A stretch of 64,000 bases of DNA, from the NCBI GenBank assembly GCA_964016885.1, contig OZ024742.1, positions 130,944,001 through 131,008,000 on the forward strand. Direction: 5' to 3'. Shown here piece after piece: positions 24,091 to 37,302 of the stretch. Origin of the DNA: Eledone cirrhosa. Taxonomy: Eukaryota. The stretch's first letter is position 1, and each line of letters opens with the position of its first letter. The translations under genes were made by a program, and so were the position numbers. Below the pieces are notes generated by a model. It ran no database searches. It saw nothing but the letters and a program-made list of their open reading frames with translations, and was not told where the DNA came from.

Positions 24091-24232
24091 AAATATACAT
24101 TTGGTAAGAACTCCGAGTATTCTGATCGCATCTGCCTTCGAAACATTTTGTTGAGTGAGTAACAGAGAGTAGCTAAGACTACGGAAATCTGTTCCCTGTC
24201 ATCTTAGTGTATACACACACACACACGCACAC

Positions 24233-24344
<112 letters not shown>

Positions 24345-24423
24345 GTGTATGTATAATGTGTATAATTGTGTATTCACAAAGGCTATATATAATGTATATG
24401 TTATTTTTTATGTATACGCTCCC

Positions 24424-24478
<55 letters not shown>

Positions 24479-24479
<1 letters not shown>

Positions 24480-25422
24480 TGAATGCGCCCAGGCGCTCAC
24501 AGTTCTCTGTCAAGCGGGCACAGCAATCAGTGGAGACTCCACTTCGACATTCTATAGAGGGTTAGTACTTTACAAGTGCGACGACGTGCTCGGGAGACTC
24601 TAGGCGTCGAAGACGATGAGCTCATCAGTCTGTTCGGTAGGACTTTCCGCCCGGGACCTATGGACAACTTCCAGAGGTCCCTGGCCTGGAAGTGCTACCG
24701 AGGAGTTCTACCCGTTCGAGATAAGATCTACAGGCACGGACGCCTCGGCAGGGATCCTTCCAAGAGGACGTGTCCAAGATGCACGCAGGACATTGAAACA
24801 GTCCTGCACGCAATTGTACACTGCCCGGGCGTAACCGACCTGTGGAACTATGCAGAACAACTGCTGTCGCGTATGGGACAAATCCAGTTGACTGCCGAGT
24901 TCATAGTAAGGATCAAACCGCCAGTCTCTTTCAAAAACGAAAGAGAGGCGGTTTTCCTCTGTACAGTGGCTATGGTGAAAGAGGTTATATGGTGCACGAG
25001 ATTGAGAGGATTGAGGACAGATGCCTTTCTCTCCGGACAACAATTGATTCCCTTCTTTAAGTATCACTTTAGAAAGAGAATCAGAGTGGAGAGAGAGGCA
25101 CTGCACCCCAGGAAATTTACTGAAAGGTGGGTGAATGAAGCGAAAATGGCCCGAGTGATTGGGCCTTCTCTGTTTATAAGCCTGTAGGTTGAAGAAGAGA
25201 GCAAAAGGAAGAAAGGAGCACTTGCAAAACACGCTCCTGGAGTTGAGGGTTGTTCTATCGACGGGGTATTAAACAACCCATTTGTGGCGCCTCCCCCCCT
25301 ATTGGGGATTTCGATTGTTGAAATTGTTTGTTTTTATATTTTTTACACGACTGTATGTAAAATCCCCGGCATGTCTTTGTATTGTCCCCTTTTCTTGTTG
25401 CGCCCTTGTGGCTAATAAAGAA
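24479..25422 (+). mobile_element. 5'-truncated Tx1 copy F flanked by (TATC)n on both sides
   Basis: ORF2 C-terminus (CPRC..ETVLHAIVHC) plus 3' UTR; (TATC)n at 24424-24478 and 25423-25476. Confidence 0.9.
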
Positions 25423-25477
<55 letters not shown>

Positions 25478-25657
25478 ATTCTGTCTTTCTTTTTTGCTCT
25501 GTACCCTCACTCTATCTATTCATCTATATTCATCTATATAACTACACACACAATCACACTGACGTATAATCTATTCGAATGAATATTTCATCAATTATGC
25601 AAGTTGTACATATGAAACTATATGTATGTATGTAGTAGTACATATAAGTATGTGGTA

Positions 25658-25692
<35 letters not shown>

Positions 25693-26059
25693 ATAGAAGT
25701 TAGTTCCACAACAGTTAGTAAACCACTTTCGATAACGTGTTTCACCATGCGGATTTTTAACGTGCGTGTGCGTGTAGTATGAAGCTATGTATATGTATGT
25801 TCTTATGTACGAAACTATGTGTATGTATGTGTTGTAGTGTGTATATGTACTTGTATTTATTGTTATTCTGGTTTGTCCTTCTGAAATAAAGTTATGTAAT
25901 TTGTTATTAAGATATATCTTTAATTATATATATTGTTCAATGAGAAGATGTATCTTTATATTTATCATGCAATGATATATCTTGATATATCGTGATATAT
26001 CTTGAATCATATTAATCATATATGTATGGTTACGAATGATCATGAGTTTTGTAACTAGA

Positions 26060-26335
26060 AAGTTTCCCCCGAGGCATAAGACAGGGAAACATGTTTTATG
26101 GAAGACCAGCAGTGACCCATGATACCAATCTCCTCTCTCTACGTCACAGATGTTGTCCAAGGAAAAGACAAAGGCCAATACAGCTTGGCACAAGTGACAT
26201 CATAACTAATATATATACTATATATACACTTTATATACATATTACACACTTTATATATATATTACACACTTTATATATATACTATACATGATATTGTTCA
26301 AGGTAAAGTCAAGCACCAATAGAGATTGACACCAA
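26060..26335. repeat. Unclassified dispersed repeat, homologous to 61960-62265
   Basis: Shared CTAGAAAGTT..., CACAGATGTTGTCCAAGGAAAA and CACTATACATGAT segments. Confidence 0.6.
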
Positions 26336-26609
26336 TGTCGTTGCAACTCAATTCTACAGCACAGGAATAACGTGAAATAACGCCCGGTTCATGAAATCGA
26401 ACTCACAACCTCCCGATTGTGATTCTAAATCTCTAACCACTAAAATATTCGCCTTGACTATTTATCATATAATGATGTTATATTTCTTTAATGATATTTA
26501 TCATGCAATAATGTAATGTATCTTTATATTTGTTATGCAATTATATGATGCCTCTTGAATTATATTTATCATATAATGATATGATATATTTTTGATTATA
26601 TTTATTATA

Positions 26610-27720
26610 AGGCGTTAGAACGTCGGATAGATGAAGTGCGTTATTCATTCCCGATCTCTGCTCTCTGAGTTCAAATCCCACCGATGTCAACTTTGCCTTT
26701 CATCTTGTTGAGGTCGATAAAAAAAAGTACTAGACATGTACTGGGGTCGTTTCCACCTCTATATATCTCTTTTTCACATCCTCTCTCTCACTTTTTTTAT
26801 CCTTCACTGGAAGAAATCTGTTCTGTTCAGACCTGGAATGGGATGGGCTCCGCCAGGCTAGAACTTATCCAAGAAATGCTGTATGCCACTACAGAGCCCC
26901 CCATACTCCACCAAGAGTTACGGCACCATCCATACATATTTATTATATAATAGTATGATATAATTATATTTATTATGCAATAACACCTATCGTTAATTAT
27001 ATTTATTATGTAATGGTATGACTCATCTTTAATGATATTTATTACCCAATGAGGTGTCTAATCGAGATGAACATAAAAATGATTTATTAGCTCTATGTGT
27101 AGAGGGGGACGGGTGGATTGGCCTAATCGTTAGAAGGTCGAATAAATTGCGTTGCAGTATCTGATCAGAATCTTTACATTCTCTGCTTAAATTCCACCGA
27201 GGTCAAATTTGCCTTATTCTTCCGAGGTCGATAAAATAATGTACCAGTCAAGTACTATTTAATCGCCATTCTGTCTTCCTAAAATTAACAGTCAACTGCC
27301 TAAATTAGAAACCAATAATGCCGTGTGTATGTTTGTGTGTCCAGAGATATGTTTATGTATATAGTGTATAAGTGGGTGTGTGTATATGTTTCAATATGCT
27401 GGTATGGTCGTATGTGAAAGCGAGTGACTTAGTGACTAGGGTGCTGGGTTCACTATCGTAGGCCATATGTTCGATTTCTGGACCAGGCAGCACGTTGTGT
27501 CCTTGAGCAAGACATAGTATTACACGTTACTTTAGTCCACGTAATAAGTCGTACCTGTATTTCAAATCTTTGTCACACAGTGTCGCGTTGAATCACCCCG
27601 AGAACTACGTTATATGATCGCCTCTCTGTGGAATACCCAGCCACATACGCTCTACTTCCACGAGCAGGTTATTGCGTTATTTAAACAACTGCAGCACTCG
27701 TCGTTGGAACTGACGGAGCT
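26610..27720 (+). mobile_element. Cluster of degenerate tRNA-derived SINEs (about 26610-26750, 27112-27315, 27420-27720)
   Basis: B-box-like motifs; Deu/Nin-like core in the first two; GTGTCCTTGAGCAAGACA core in the third. Confidence 0.7.
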
Positions 27721-27882
27721 CCAACAACAACAACAACAACGGCATGGTGTGTATGCATGTGTGTGAGTGTGTGTGTGTGTGTTTGTATGTGTGTTTGTGT
27801 GTATATATTTGTGTGTGTTTGTATATTCTCGCCTATGTGTGCTTGGTGTGTGGTATATATATATATATATATATATATATGT

Positions 27883-27939
<57 letters not shown>

Positions 27940-28381
27940 ATGTATACATGTGTATGTATGTTAGCGTATGTGAGAGTAGAATTTTCTGTGATTTGTCAAT
28001 GCTAAACATAGCTTTTGTTTGCAGTCAGTATTTCTTGTTTTTCTAAGATCGAATATCGCATGATATTTTGGTATTTTTAACGAAGAAATGCCATTGGCTG
28101 TGTACTGGATGGTTTACTTGTCGATGGATATTTTGCTTTGTTGCTGTTGTTATGTTTGTTTGCTTGATGAGTCCGCAAAATGGCGGCGAAAGAATTGGGG
28201 GGTGGGTGTGTGAGTGCTAAGTGAGTGAATGCGCTTTTTTAACCTCTTCATGTGACCAATTGAAAGAGAGAGAGAGAGAGACAGAGAGGGAGAGAGAGAG
28301 TGAGAGAGAGAGAGAGAGAGAGTGAGAGAGAGAGAAAGAGAGAGAGAAGATAAATCGACCATAGCAGTGAAATGATACATT

Positions 28382-28566
28382 GTGGATTGGCAGTATCGCT
28401 AGAGGGTCGAACGCTATGCTTTGACGCATAGAGTTACGGCCCTTGCTATTTTGAGTTCAAATCACGCCGAGGTTAACTTTGCCTTTCATCCTTACGGGGT
28501 CGATAAAATAAAGTACCAGTAATACACTGGGTAATTGCTGGCCTTGTGCCAAAAGTAGAAACAATT
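28382..28566 (+). mobile_element. tRNA-derived SINE with Deu/Nin-like core
   Basis: Close match to 61620-61808. Confidence 0.85.
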
Positions 28567-29162
28567 ATTTATTTATTTAAAGGCTGGTTCTTTACTTATT
28601 GTCTTCAATGTAATGAAAAAAGCACACTTGGTCTCGGCGGGATTTGATATCAGATCGCAGAGAGGCATAACAAGCACCGCGAAATACTCTATACGACAGA
28701 TCTTTTAACAATCCTAGTAATTCATTGCTATCACTGTTGTAGTGATGGTTATGATAGTGGGGTTGTGTAAGAGGTGGTGGAAGTGGTGTGTGGCAGTGTC
28801 AGTAGTTGCCAATGTTCTTCAGTACTATGTAACATTCCAACCATGATCAACCCTTTAATGGGTCCTTCCATTTTGATAACAATAGTGTTTCATTTGTGGG
28901 GTTTTGCTGTTATTTCTAGCAGACCAAGAGGCCACATATAGGCTCCTTCATTGACTCTTGGGTTTAGTAGTTCTAACACACAGTGTGTGGGGTTTGTGTG
29001 TTGATATGATTATTTTGCTTCCAAGAGACTAGTCTTCGTGGTAATAGTGATGGGTTGTGGTTTTGCATGGGATGGTTTTAATCGCTCTCTCTGTCTGTCA
29101 CCCCTCCCTCTCTCTCTGTATATGTATATATATATTTATGCAAATACACACACGTATGTATG

Positions 29163-29199
<37 letters not shown>

Positions 29200-29200
29200 G

Positions 29201-29604
29201 TATTAAAATACAAATATTAATATAATAGATGTTCTTTTGATCAATTACATTTTATTATACATATTTCGGATGTACAACAGTACGTCCTCATCAGACAAAA
29301 TATAATGATACATGACATACCCTGAGATGTTAAATGGTTAAGATTTAATCAAGGTAGTGATTAACCTAAGAGAAAGTTTAACATTTATACCATCTCAGGG
29401 TATGTCATGTATATTTTGTCTGATGAGGACGTACTGTTGTACATCCGAAATATGTATAATAAAATGTAATTGATCAAAAGAACATCTATTTTATTAATAT
29501 TTGTATTTTAATATTAATAACTCTGGAAAATTATTCTCCATAGAGTGCTTCCAATCTACTGTAAAACTCATTCTTTGATATACTCATTGAATCTTGTTTA
29601 ACTC

Positions 29605-29610
<6 letters not shown>
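29201..29610. mobile_element. Fold-back element: ~125-bp inverted arms (29201-29329/29391-29513), a hammerhead in each arm
   Basis: Arms match as reverse complements; (TA)n flanks. Confidence 0.85.
29410..29468 (+). ncRNA. Minimal type I hammerhead (mirror copy 29246-29304 on the minus strand)
   Basis: UAUAUUUUGU-CUGAUGA-GGACGUAC(UGUU)GUACAUCC-GAAA-UAUGUA-UA-AUAAAAUGUA. Confidence 0.85.
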
Positions 29611-29656
<46 letters not shown>

Positions 29657-29701
29657 ATAATGATGGCTGCGCGTTGCAAATGGTGGTGTATATGAAAAAG
29701 T

Positions 29702-29758
29702 AAGTCCTTCTTCAGTGACCCTCCAACCGTCCCAGGCATTTCATCGCTTTAAGGGCCA
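29702..29758 (-). ncRNA. Candidate non-circularly permuted hammerhead, truncated at the predicted cleavage site
   Basis: Minus strand: UGGCCCU-UAAAGCGAU-GAAA-UGCCU...-AGGGUCA-CUGAAGA-AGGACU. Confidence 0.55.
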
Positions 29759-29780
29759 TTATATATATATATATATGTAT

Positions 29781-29818
<38 letters not shown>

Positions 29819-29819
<1 letters not shown>

Positions 29820-30645
29820 GCTCTTTTCGTTTCATAACTTTTTGTATTTACCGCTGTGACCCTGCCTGCTTTGGTCGATCTGTGTTCCCTCCACAATTTT
29901 GCATCGACCCTCCCTTCTCTCTTCCCTTCTCCTCCTCACTCTCGTTTTTTTTCTCTCTCCCCCTCTCTCTCTCTATCCATCCGTTCGGTTTTGATTGTTG
30001 ACATGTTTACACGTGCCGTGGTGGCCTCTCTGTCCGCAATCTTTGCGGTACGTTTTTACCACCGTCGTAAAAAAAAACCTTCTGGACCTTCTGGATTATC
30101 TCCCTTTCCCTTCTCCTCCTCACTTTTGGTTGCCCGCGTCTCTCTCTCACTTTCTCCTGTCTATGTGAGAGGCAGCACGATTATACCAGCTCTGTGCCGT
30201 AGCAGACCACCAGGCTAAAGTCTTCCAGGTTGGCCACAACTTACTTTCCCTATTTTTCCACGGTTACGTTTTTGCATGTTTCTTTCACCTGTGTCTTCCG
30301 ACGATGGGATCTGTACACTGCTTTTTCTTCTATTCCTTTCCTATTTTTCCCCTTCTTCCTCTCTCCTCACCCCCCCCGTTCTTCCTCCTTTCCCTCTCTT
30401 TCCTTTTCTCTCTCCTTTTTTCTCTCTTTCTCTCTCCTTTTCCACCTGGCCTTTTGATTAATAAAAGGCCTCGGACACACCCGAACTACACCGATGTCCT
30501 GTAATTCAGCGTCGAAACATCGGTTCGGGATACATTTACAGCTGACGATGGAAACTCCTTTTTTCTTTCTCCTCCTGTTCCGTCCTAACCACCATCCTAA
30601 ACCTTGTTTTTAGTAACCATACAGCTCCTATCGTTTCATAACTTT
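29819..30645 (+). mobile_element. Pyrimidine-rich non-coding element with 23-bp terminal direct repeats between (TA)n tracts
   Basis: AGCTC.T.TCGTTTCATAACTTT at 29819 and 30623. Confidence 0.55.
30490..30557 (+). ncRNA. Candidate non-circularly permuted hammerhead
   Basis: ACCGAUG-UC-CUGUAA-UUCAGCGUC-GAAA-CAUCGGU...UUACAG-CUGACGA-UGGAAACU. Confidence 0.6.
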
Positions 30646-30735
30646 ATATATATATATATATATATGCACACACACACACACTTATATATGTATATATATA
30701 TATATAAACCTATATATAATATATATATATATATA

Positions 30736-31343
30736 TACAAATGAATATATGATAGGGATAAACACTGATACAAGTATACATGTGTTCGCATTGCAAACGA
30801 CCAAGTTAACTAGACTGAAAAATACTAATTAAAATAATACGGTTTGCCTGTCTCGATTTAAAATAATAAATCAATAAAAACAAACCTATATTGGCAATAG
30901 CCGTCATACCTGGACAAATTTTTTATTTGTTTCGCAACAATTAAGTGAAAGTTACTATTCCTGTGCTCTTCTGCGGGTATCCAGAAATTGGTAAGTTTCA
31001 CTTCAAAATACTTAAGAAGACTGAGAGAGATGTGCCTTCAACAAGACATTTCTCTCAGTCTTCTTAAGTATTTTGAAGTGAAACTTACCAATTTCTGGAT
31101 ACACGCAGAAGAGCACAGGAATAGTAACTTTCACTTAATTGTTGCGAAACAAATTAAAAATTTATCCAGGTATGACGGCTATTGCCAATATAAGTTTGTT
31201 TTTATTGATTTATTATTTTAAATCGAGACAGGCAAACCGTATTATTTTAATTAGTATTTTTCCGTCTAGCTAACTTGGTCATTTGCAATGCGAACACATG
31301 TATACTTGTATCAGTGTTTATCCCTATCATATATTCATTTGTA
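30736..31343. mobile_element. Fold-back element with ~298-bp inverted arms and a degenerate hammerhead (CAGAAGA core)
   Basis: Arms 30736-31033/31046-31343; minus strand 30906-30980 reads GAAA-CAAAU(AAAAA)AUUUG-UC-CAGGUAU. Confidence 0.8.
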
Positions 31344-31435
31344 TTACATGGCTCAGAAATATTCCTTTCTTTGAACTATTTAATTGTAAAAGACTATTTT
31401 GAGTTTATAACTCTATATATAATATATATATACAT

Positions 31436-31557
<122 letters not shown>

Positions 31558-31617
31558 GTATATGTTTGTATATATATATATATTTATATATATATATATA
31601 GTATATACATATATCTC

Positions 31618-31657
<40 letters not shown>

Positions 31658-31664
31658 GCTCTCG

Positions 31665-31712
<48 letters not shown>

Positions 31713-31723
31713 TATATATACGT

Positions 31724-31757
<34 letters not shown>

Positions 31758-32227
31758 TAAAAGGAAAAGAAAATGCTGACAAATTTTTCCCAGTGAAAAA
31801 TAGTTTAATTAGGAATAAGTATTGGTTAGTATTCAGTTTTAGTTTTAAGTTTTTACTGGTTGCGCATTTCTAATGCTTTTCAAAAATAATTTTGAGATAG
31901 AACGCCCGTGATATTTGCTCTAACCTGATCAGTTTGGAAAATTCTTCCTGTTTTATGTGAAAAAAGTGGCTCCAGAGGTATTAAGATTTGGTTGGTTGTT
32001 GAATATCACGTGAATGAGTACTATAAATTTCGCGCCAATTCGTGTTTTAAAAATTCTTGTAGTTAAAACAATTTTGATTGGTCGGTAGAGGTCACGTGAA
32101 TGTTAAAAATTGATTTTGCGCCAAATGTAGGTTTGTCGAAGAGTGTCATTTTCGCCTGATTGAGAAGTCACTGAAAAATAATTTTATTAAGACAAATATG
32201 TGTGTGTAGTAAAGAGGTTCATTGTTG

Positions 32228-32417
32228 TGATAATTGTTTCTACATTTGGCACAAGGCCAGCAAATTATCCAGTGCATTACTGGTACTTTATTTTATCGAC
32301 CCCGTAAGGATGAAAGGCAAAGTCAACCTCGGCGGGATTTGAACTCAGATCGTAAAGGGACGTAACTCTGCTGGAAAGCATGGCGTCCGACCCTCTACCG
32401 ATACTGCCAATCCACCA
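32228..32417 (-). mobile_element. SINE inserted in the Penelope 3' region
   Basis: Reverse complement of the Deu/Nin-like SINE; absent from the homologous region 55289-56110. Confidence 0.8.
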
Positions 32418-33202
32418 CTGTTGTGATAATGGTCAGTAGGGATGTGTGTGTGAATTGCAGTCTTGTTGAAAGGTCAACAGTTCAGGTGTCTATTGAGACA
32501 CACATGTGTGTGTGTGTGTGTGTGTGTAGCAGAATGGTTCGTGGTAGAGAAAATAAATTCGGTCAGTAGGAATGTGTGTGGGGGATATTTTAACATGTTG
32601 AAAGATATTTTTCAGCTCTTGTCTTATACGGAGAAGTGTGTATGTGTGTGTGTGTGTATGTCTGTTTGTATGTTAGTGTACGCGTGTGTATGTGTGTGTA
32701 TATGTGTGTGTGTGTGTATGTGCGTATATGTGTGTGTGTGTGTGGATGGACCAGTATTTTTGTGATACTGGTAAAAATTGTGTACATTATTCGATATTTA
32801 CAGTAATTTGCAAAAACGATTCTCTCAAAAGAACATCAAAAACATTAATAATAAAAGGGGTGAAATGATGTATAGTATTGTCATAACACCAAGGAGTGTG
32901 TGAGTGTCCAGATTGTACGTACTGCAAGGGGAATCCATTAGGCCCTGCCGTATGGGAATACTTGTGTACAAATATGTATGTGCCCATCAGTGTGCAATGC
33001 ATGTGTGCGTATATGTATGTTTGTGTGTCGGCACGTTTATATCTATAAGCATCAAAAGGTATGCAAATTTGTGTATATTTATGTTGCACCATAGAACATG
33101 TGTGTTTACGTATGTCATTGTGTTTATATGTGGATAGAAATGTATGTAGGATGTATTCTGATGTAGGTATGTATGTTGACGTGTGTGTGTTGTGGGTTCG
33201 TC

Positions 33203-35420
33203 TTAGGGAGAAGTGTTTAGACGGAGTCTGTATTTGTTAATAAAGTGAGATTCTTTGCTGATGCGCTGGGTGTGGGTGGCATTATCTTTAAATTTGTAGA
33301 GGGGAAAGATTCTAAAGTTGGGATGATTTTGGGCGGCACAGGTATCAATGTGTTCACTCAGTGGTATTTTTCTGTATTCCCGTATTTTAATTTGGGATCT
33401 ATGGACAGTCATGCGTTGGCGGAGGCGGAGGCCTATGTATTGTTCTCGACAACCTGAGCAAGTTAATACATATATTAGATTTTCTGATGCGCATGTGAAA
33501 TCGTGTTTTACTATAATACGTTGTCCTTCTTTGAAATAGAATTCCGAACCCTCTATTAGGTTGATGCATATGCCACAGTTGGGTCTATCGCATTTTTTAC
33601 TGTGGGTTTCGTTGTTGTGGTTGGCAGTACTTTGGATGTTTTTCATTGACTTAGATTGTCCTTTGCTGTTTATGATATCGTGTGTTCGAAGGATTTGGTT
33701 CATTCTATGGTCCTTTTTTAACACAGGGATGTTCTGGAGGATGGTGTCAAAGGCCTCATTGTTGAGGGGGTTGTGTGTGGAGATGTATGGAAGAGCTTTT
33801 AGTTTCGGTTGATTTACTTTAGGGTGTCTAAGATCCTAGGTACTGAGTTTTAGGGCAGGTTGGATTCCATTGTCAATTAGTGATGCAGGGTAGTCCCTGC
33901 CTATGAGTGTGTCCTTTAGTTCTTGTAGCCGTAAGTAACAGATGTTTTTATTGGAGACTATAGTACAGATTCTCTTGGCTAAGTTGTAGGGAATTAGGGT
34001 GGCAAGAGTTGAAAGGAAGATATTGCTTGGAGTCTGTGGGTTTGTAGCATATGTCTGTTTCTATTTTTTTGTTATGAATCTTAATGAGGATGTCGAGGAA
34101 AGGGAGTTGTTGATGGCTGTATTCCATCGTAAAGTTAATATTCGTGTTGAGCCCATTTATAAGGGTGTGAAATTCTTTAAGTTTCTCGATTTTTTTGGGC
34201 CAAAGGATGAAGCAGTCATCTAGATATCGCTTCCAGTTCTTTTCTATGTGTAAGTGGAGAGTGTTTCCAAATTTGTTTAGTACTTTAGTGTAGAGGGTGA
34301 TTTCCAGGTATCCCATGACTAGGTTGGCATAAGTGGGGGCTGTTTTCGTTCCCATAGCGGTCCCAGATTTCTGCCTGTAGGATTTGTTATTGAAAACGAA
34401 GTAATTGTTCTCCAAGATAAATTTGAGTCCTTCTATCACGAATTCCTTTTTGATGCGTTGTGGGAGTTCATTGTGGTAATTATCGAGCCAGAATTGGATA
34501 GCTTCTATTCCTAGGTTGTGGGGGATGTTGGAGTATAGGTTGACTACATCGAACGTCACTAGTAGGGTTTGTTCAGAAAGGGGCATATTAGGGAGGTGAT
34601 TGAGCATATCTAGGTCGTCCCTTATATAGCTTTTGATGTGTTTGAGAAAAGGCGTGAGAAGGGTATCAATGAAGTTGCTAAGGCGGTGGGTTTCGTAAGC
34701 GGGCCTGCTATTATAGGTCTTAATTTGAGATCATTGGGTGAGGGGACATTGATGACTATGTCTGTAGCTTCCTTGCATGCCTTACTTATTAATTCGCTTT
34801 TATGTACTTTAGGGATACCGTAGAAAAGGTTGGATTTACTTGTGAAGTCTGTGATGAAGCTGAATTCCTTGTTAGTGAGCCCTTCTTTGTATTGGTTGAT
34901 CAGAGTTTTTAGGTTTCTCATAATTTTCTGTTGATTGTAGTGTTCAGCCTTTTCGTAGTATGTTTCGTTTTCCAAAGTGGAGAGCGCTAAGTTGATATAG
35001 AATTCTGTCGCCATTAGGACTACTGTACTCCCTTTATCAGCCTCTTTAATTGTAATAGTTCTGTCGGTTTTTAATCTATTTAATTCTTCCCATTCTTTTT
35101 TGTTGAGGTTTGGCTTGTGGTTGTGTCATTGCAAGTGTTGGTAAGGGAAGTTTGTGATGTGTTCACATAATTCGTCCAGGATTTTATTTCTACCTTTTGA
35201 TGGGGTGTAGTTGCTTCTATTTCTGGCTAATGATTCATCCTCATTGTACTGGTCGAATAGTTCTTCACTGAGTCGTAACTTTCTACAGAAGTCTGTGATG
35301 TTTTCCTTCATTTCATAGTAGTTAGAACGTAGGGGGGTCGGTGTGAATTTAAGACCTTTGGAGAGTAAGTTGATAAGGTTGGGAGTTGGTTCTGCACTAG
35401 TTAGATTGATAATTTTTATT
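33203..35420 (-). pseudogene. Penelope RT + Cys linker + GIY-YIG endonuclease, frameshifted
   Basis: LLSKGLKFTPTP, FYGIPKVHKS, LRPII, FDVVNLYSNI, GTAMGT, RYLDD, LPFLD, CDRPNCGIC, NLIYVLTCSGCREQYIG. Confidence 0.92.
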
Positions 35421-36687
35421 ACTCTCGGTTTCTCCTCCCTGTCTTGTGTTATTTTGTTTGCCTGTATCTGTGTGCTGTGTCTAAAAAATGTTTGGGGTAG
35501 AGTAGTTGTCTGCTGATGTTAAGTGGTCTCCTGTGTTTGTTATATTTATTGTTGTTGTAAAATGTGGTTCGGGTTTGTGGTTGTGTATTGAATGGGGTGT
35601 TCCTGTATTGCGAGTATGGATGTGAGTTTCTATGTACCATGTTGGATTGTGGTGTTATAGGTGGCCTACGTTGTTGGTTGTCTCGTGTGGTGTGGGTTTG
35701 TTGTGTATTGTGGAACCGAGAGTTGAGAAAATGCAAATTGCCTTGCTGTCCCCTTGTAGCGGGGAAGTTGTTACATCTATCATGGTGGTGGTATCTTTTC
35801 CCTATGTTTGACGATGAGGCATCCGCGTAGTAGTTGAGTGATTTGGTGTGGTGTCTCCTTGAAGGGGGAAAGTTGCAAATGTCATTCTGGTGATGATTTC
35901 TAGGGTTTTTGTTCCTTCTTATGGGAGCGAGGTTGGGAAGTTCATCTTCGGTGTGGTGCTTCCTTCTTCTTTTGTTAGTAGCTGGGGGGTTTGCGAAGTT
36001 GTTGTGCGGTTGGGCTTTGGGTTTTCCTATTTTTATGAACGGGCTATTGGAGGTGTAATCCGTTTGAAAAGTCGATTCATAGTTTAGGATATTTTTTATA
36101 GTTCTTTTGTCTTGTCCAGTTTGCTGAATAAATTGTTATATTTTTATGAAATTGATTTTTTTCCTTTTTCAGTGACTTTTTCCTATTTTTCAGTGACTTC
36201 TCAATCAGGCGAAAAAGGACACTCTTCGACAAACCTACATTTGGCGCAAAATCAATTTTTAACATTCACGTGACCTCTACCGACCAATCAAAATTGTTTT
36301 GATTACAAGAATTTTTGCAACACGAATTGGCGCGAAATTTATAGTACTCATTCACGTGACATTCAACAACCAACCAAATCTTAATACCCCTCGAGCCACT
36401 TTTTTCACATAAAACAGAAAGAATTTCCAAAACTGATAAGATTAGAGCAAACATCACGAGTGCTCTATCTCAAAATTATTTTTGAAAAGCATTAGAAATG
36501 CGCAACCAGTAAAAACTTAAAACTAAAACTGAATACTAACCAATACTTATTACTAATTTATACTTATTCCTAATTAAACTATTTTTCACTGGGAAAAATT
36601 TGTCAGCATTTTCTTTTCCTTTTACTAATATATCAGAACTCGTGTGTTACACATCTATTTTTTTAAATATATATATATACATGTATA

Positions 36688-36750
<63 letters not shown>

Positions 36751-37149
36751 AACATATACATAATATATATATATATATAAAAATGAAAGCGAAATCAAAT
36801 TATTTTATTCATAGCATATTTTTCATAGTTCTTTTGTCTTGTCCAGTTTGCTGAATAAATTGTTATATTTTTCATGAAATTGATTTTTTTCCTTTCATTT
36901 CTCATTTCTGTGTGTTTAGTTTGCTGTATGTTATCACTCTGTCAAGACAGCGACAGAGTCGTTAGAACGTCGGATAGAATACTTTGCCTTACTCATTTCG
37001 CCTCTATTCGCCCTGAGTTAAAAATCCCGCTGAAGTCCACTTCACCTTTCAGCCTTTCGGGAGTTGTTAGTACAAGTGTAATCATCTACATCTTTTCCCC
37101 ACTTTCTCTCTATAACTTTCTCTTTGTTTTGAAGAAATTTCCTGGGTTC

Positions 37150-37302
37150 AGATATAGAGATAGATTTGTCACTACGGCGCCCCTACGACTGTATAGAGAG
37201 TTACGGTTTCACACAACCATTTTACTGGGTTAAGATATGTAGATAGGTGTGTCACTACGGGGCCCCTACGACTCCATAGGGAGTTACGTGTTCACACAAC
37301 CC
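37150..37302. repeat. Imperfect tandem duplication
   Basis: TGTCACTACGG.GCCCCTACGACT..ATAG.GAGTTACG..TTCACACAACC occurs twice. Confidence 0.7.

Larger units (their letters stand above)
31757..36668 (-). mobile_element. Penelope-like element (Neptune-like) with ~420-bp inverted pseudo-LTRs
   Basis: 31757-32180 is the reverse complement of about 36185-36625; RT and GIY-YIG remnants lie between; (TA)n flanks. Confidence 0.88.

Noticed and set aside
28160-28200. TTGATGA-GTCCGC...GCGGC-GAAA
   Set aside because: No stem III, NUH or stem I.
36425-36520. CTGATAA...GAAATGCGCA in the Penelope pLTR as a hammerhead
   Set aside because: The core deviates in all three copies, there is no UH after the palindrome, and no stem I.
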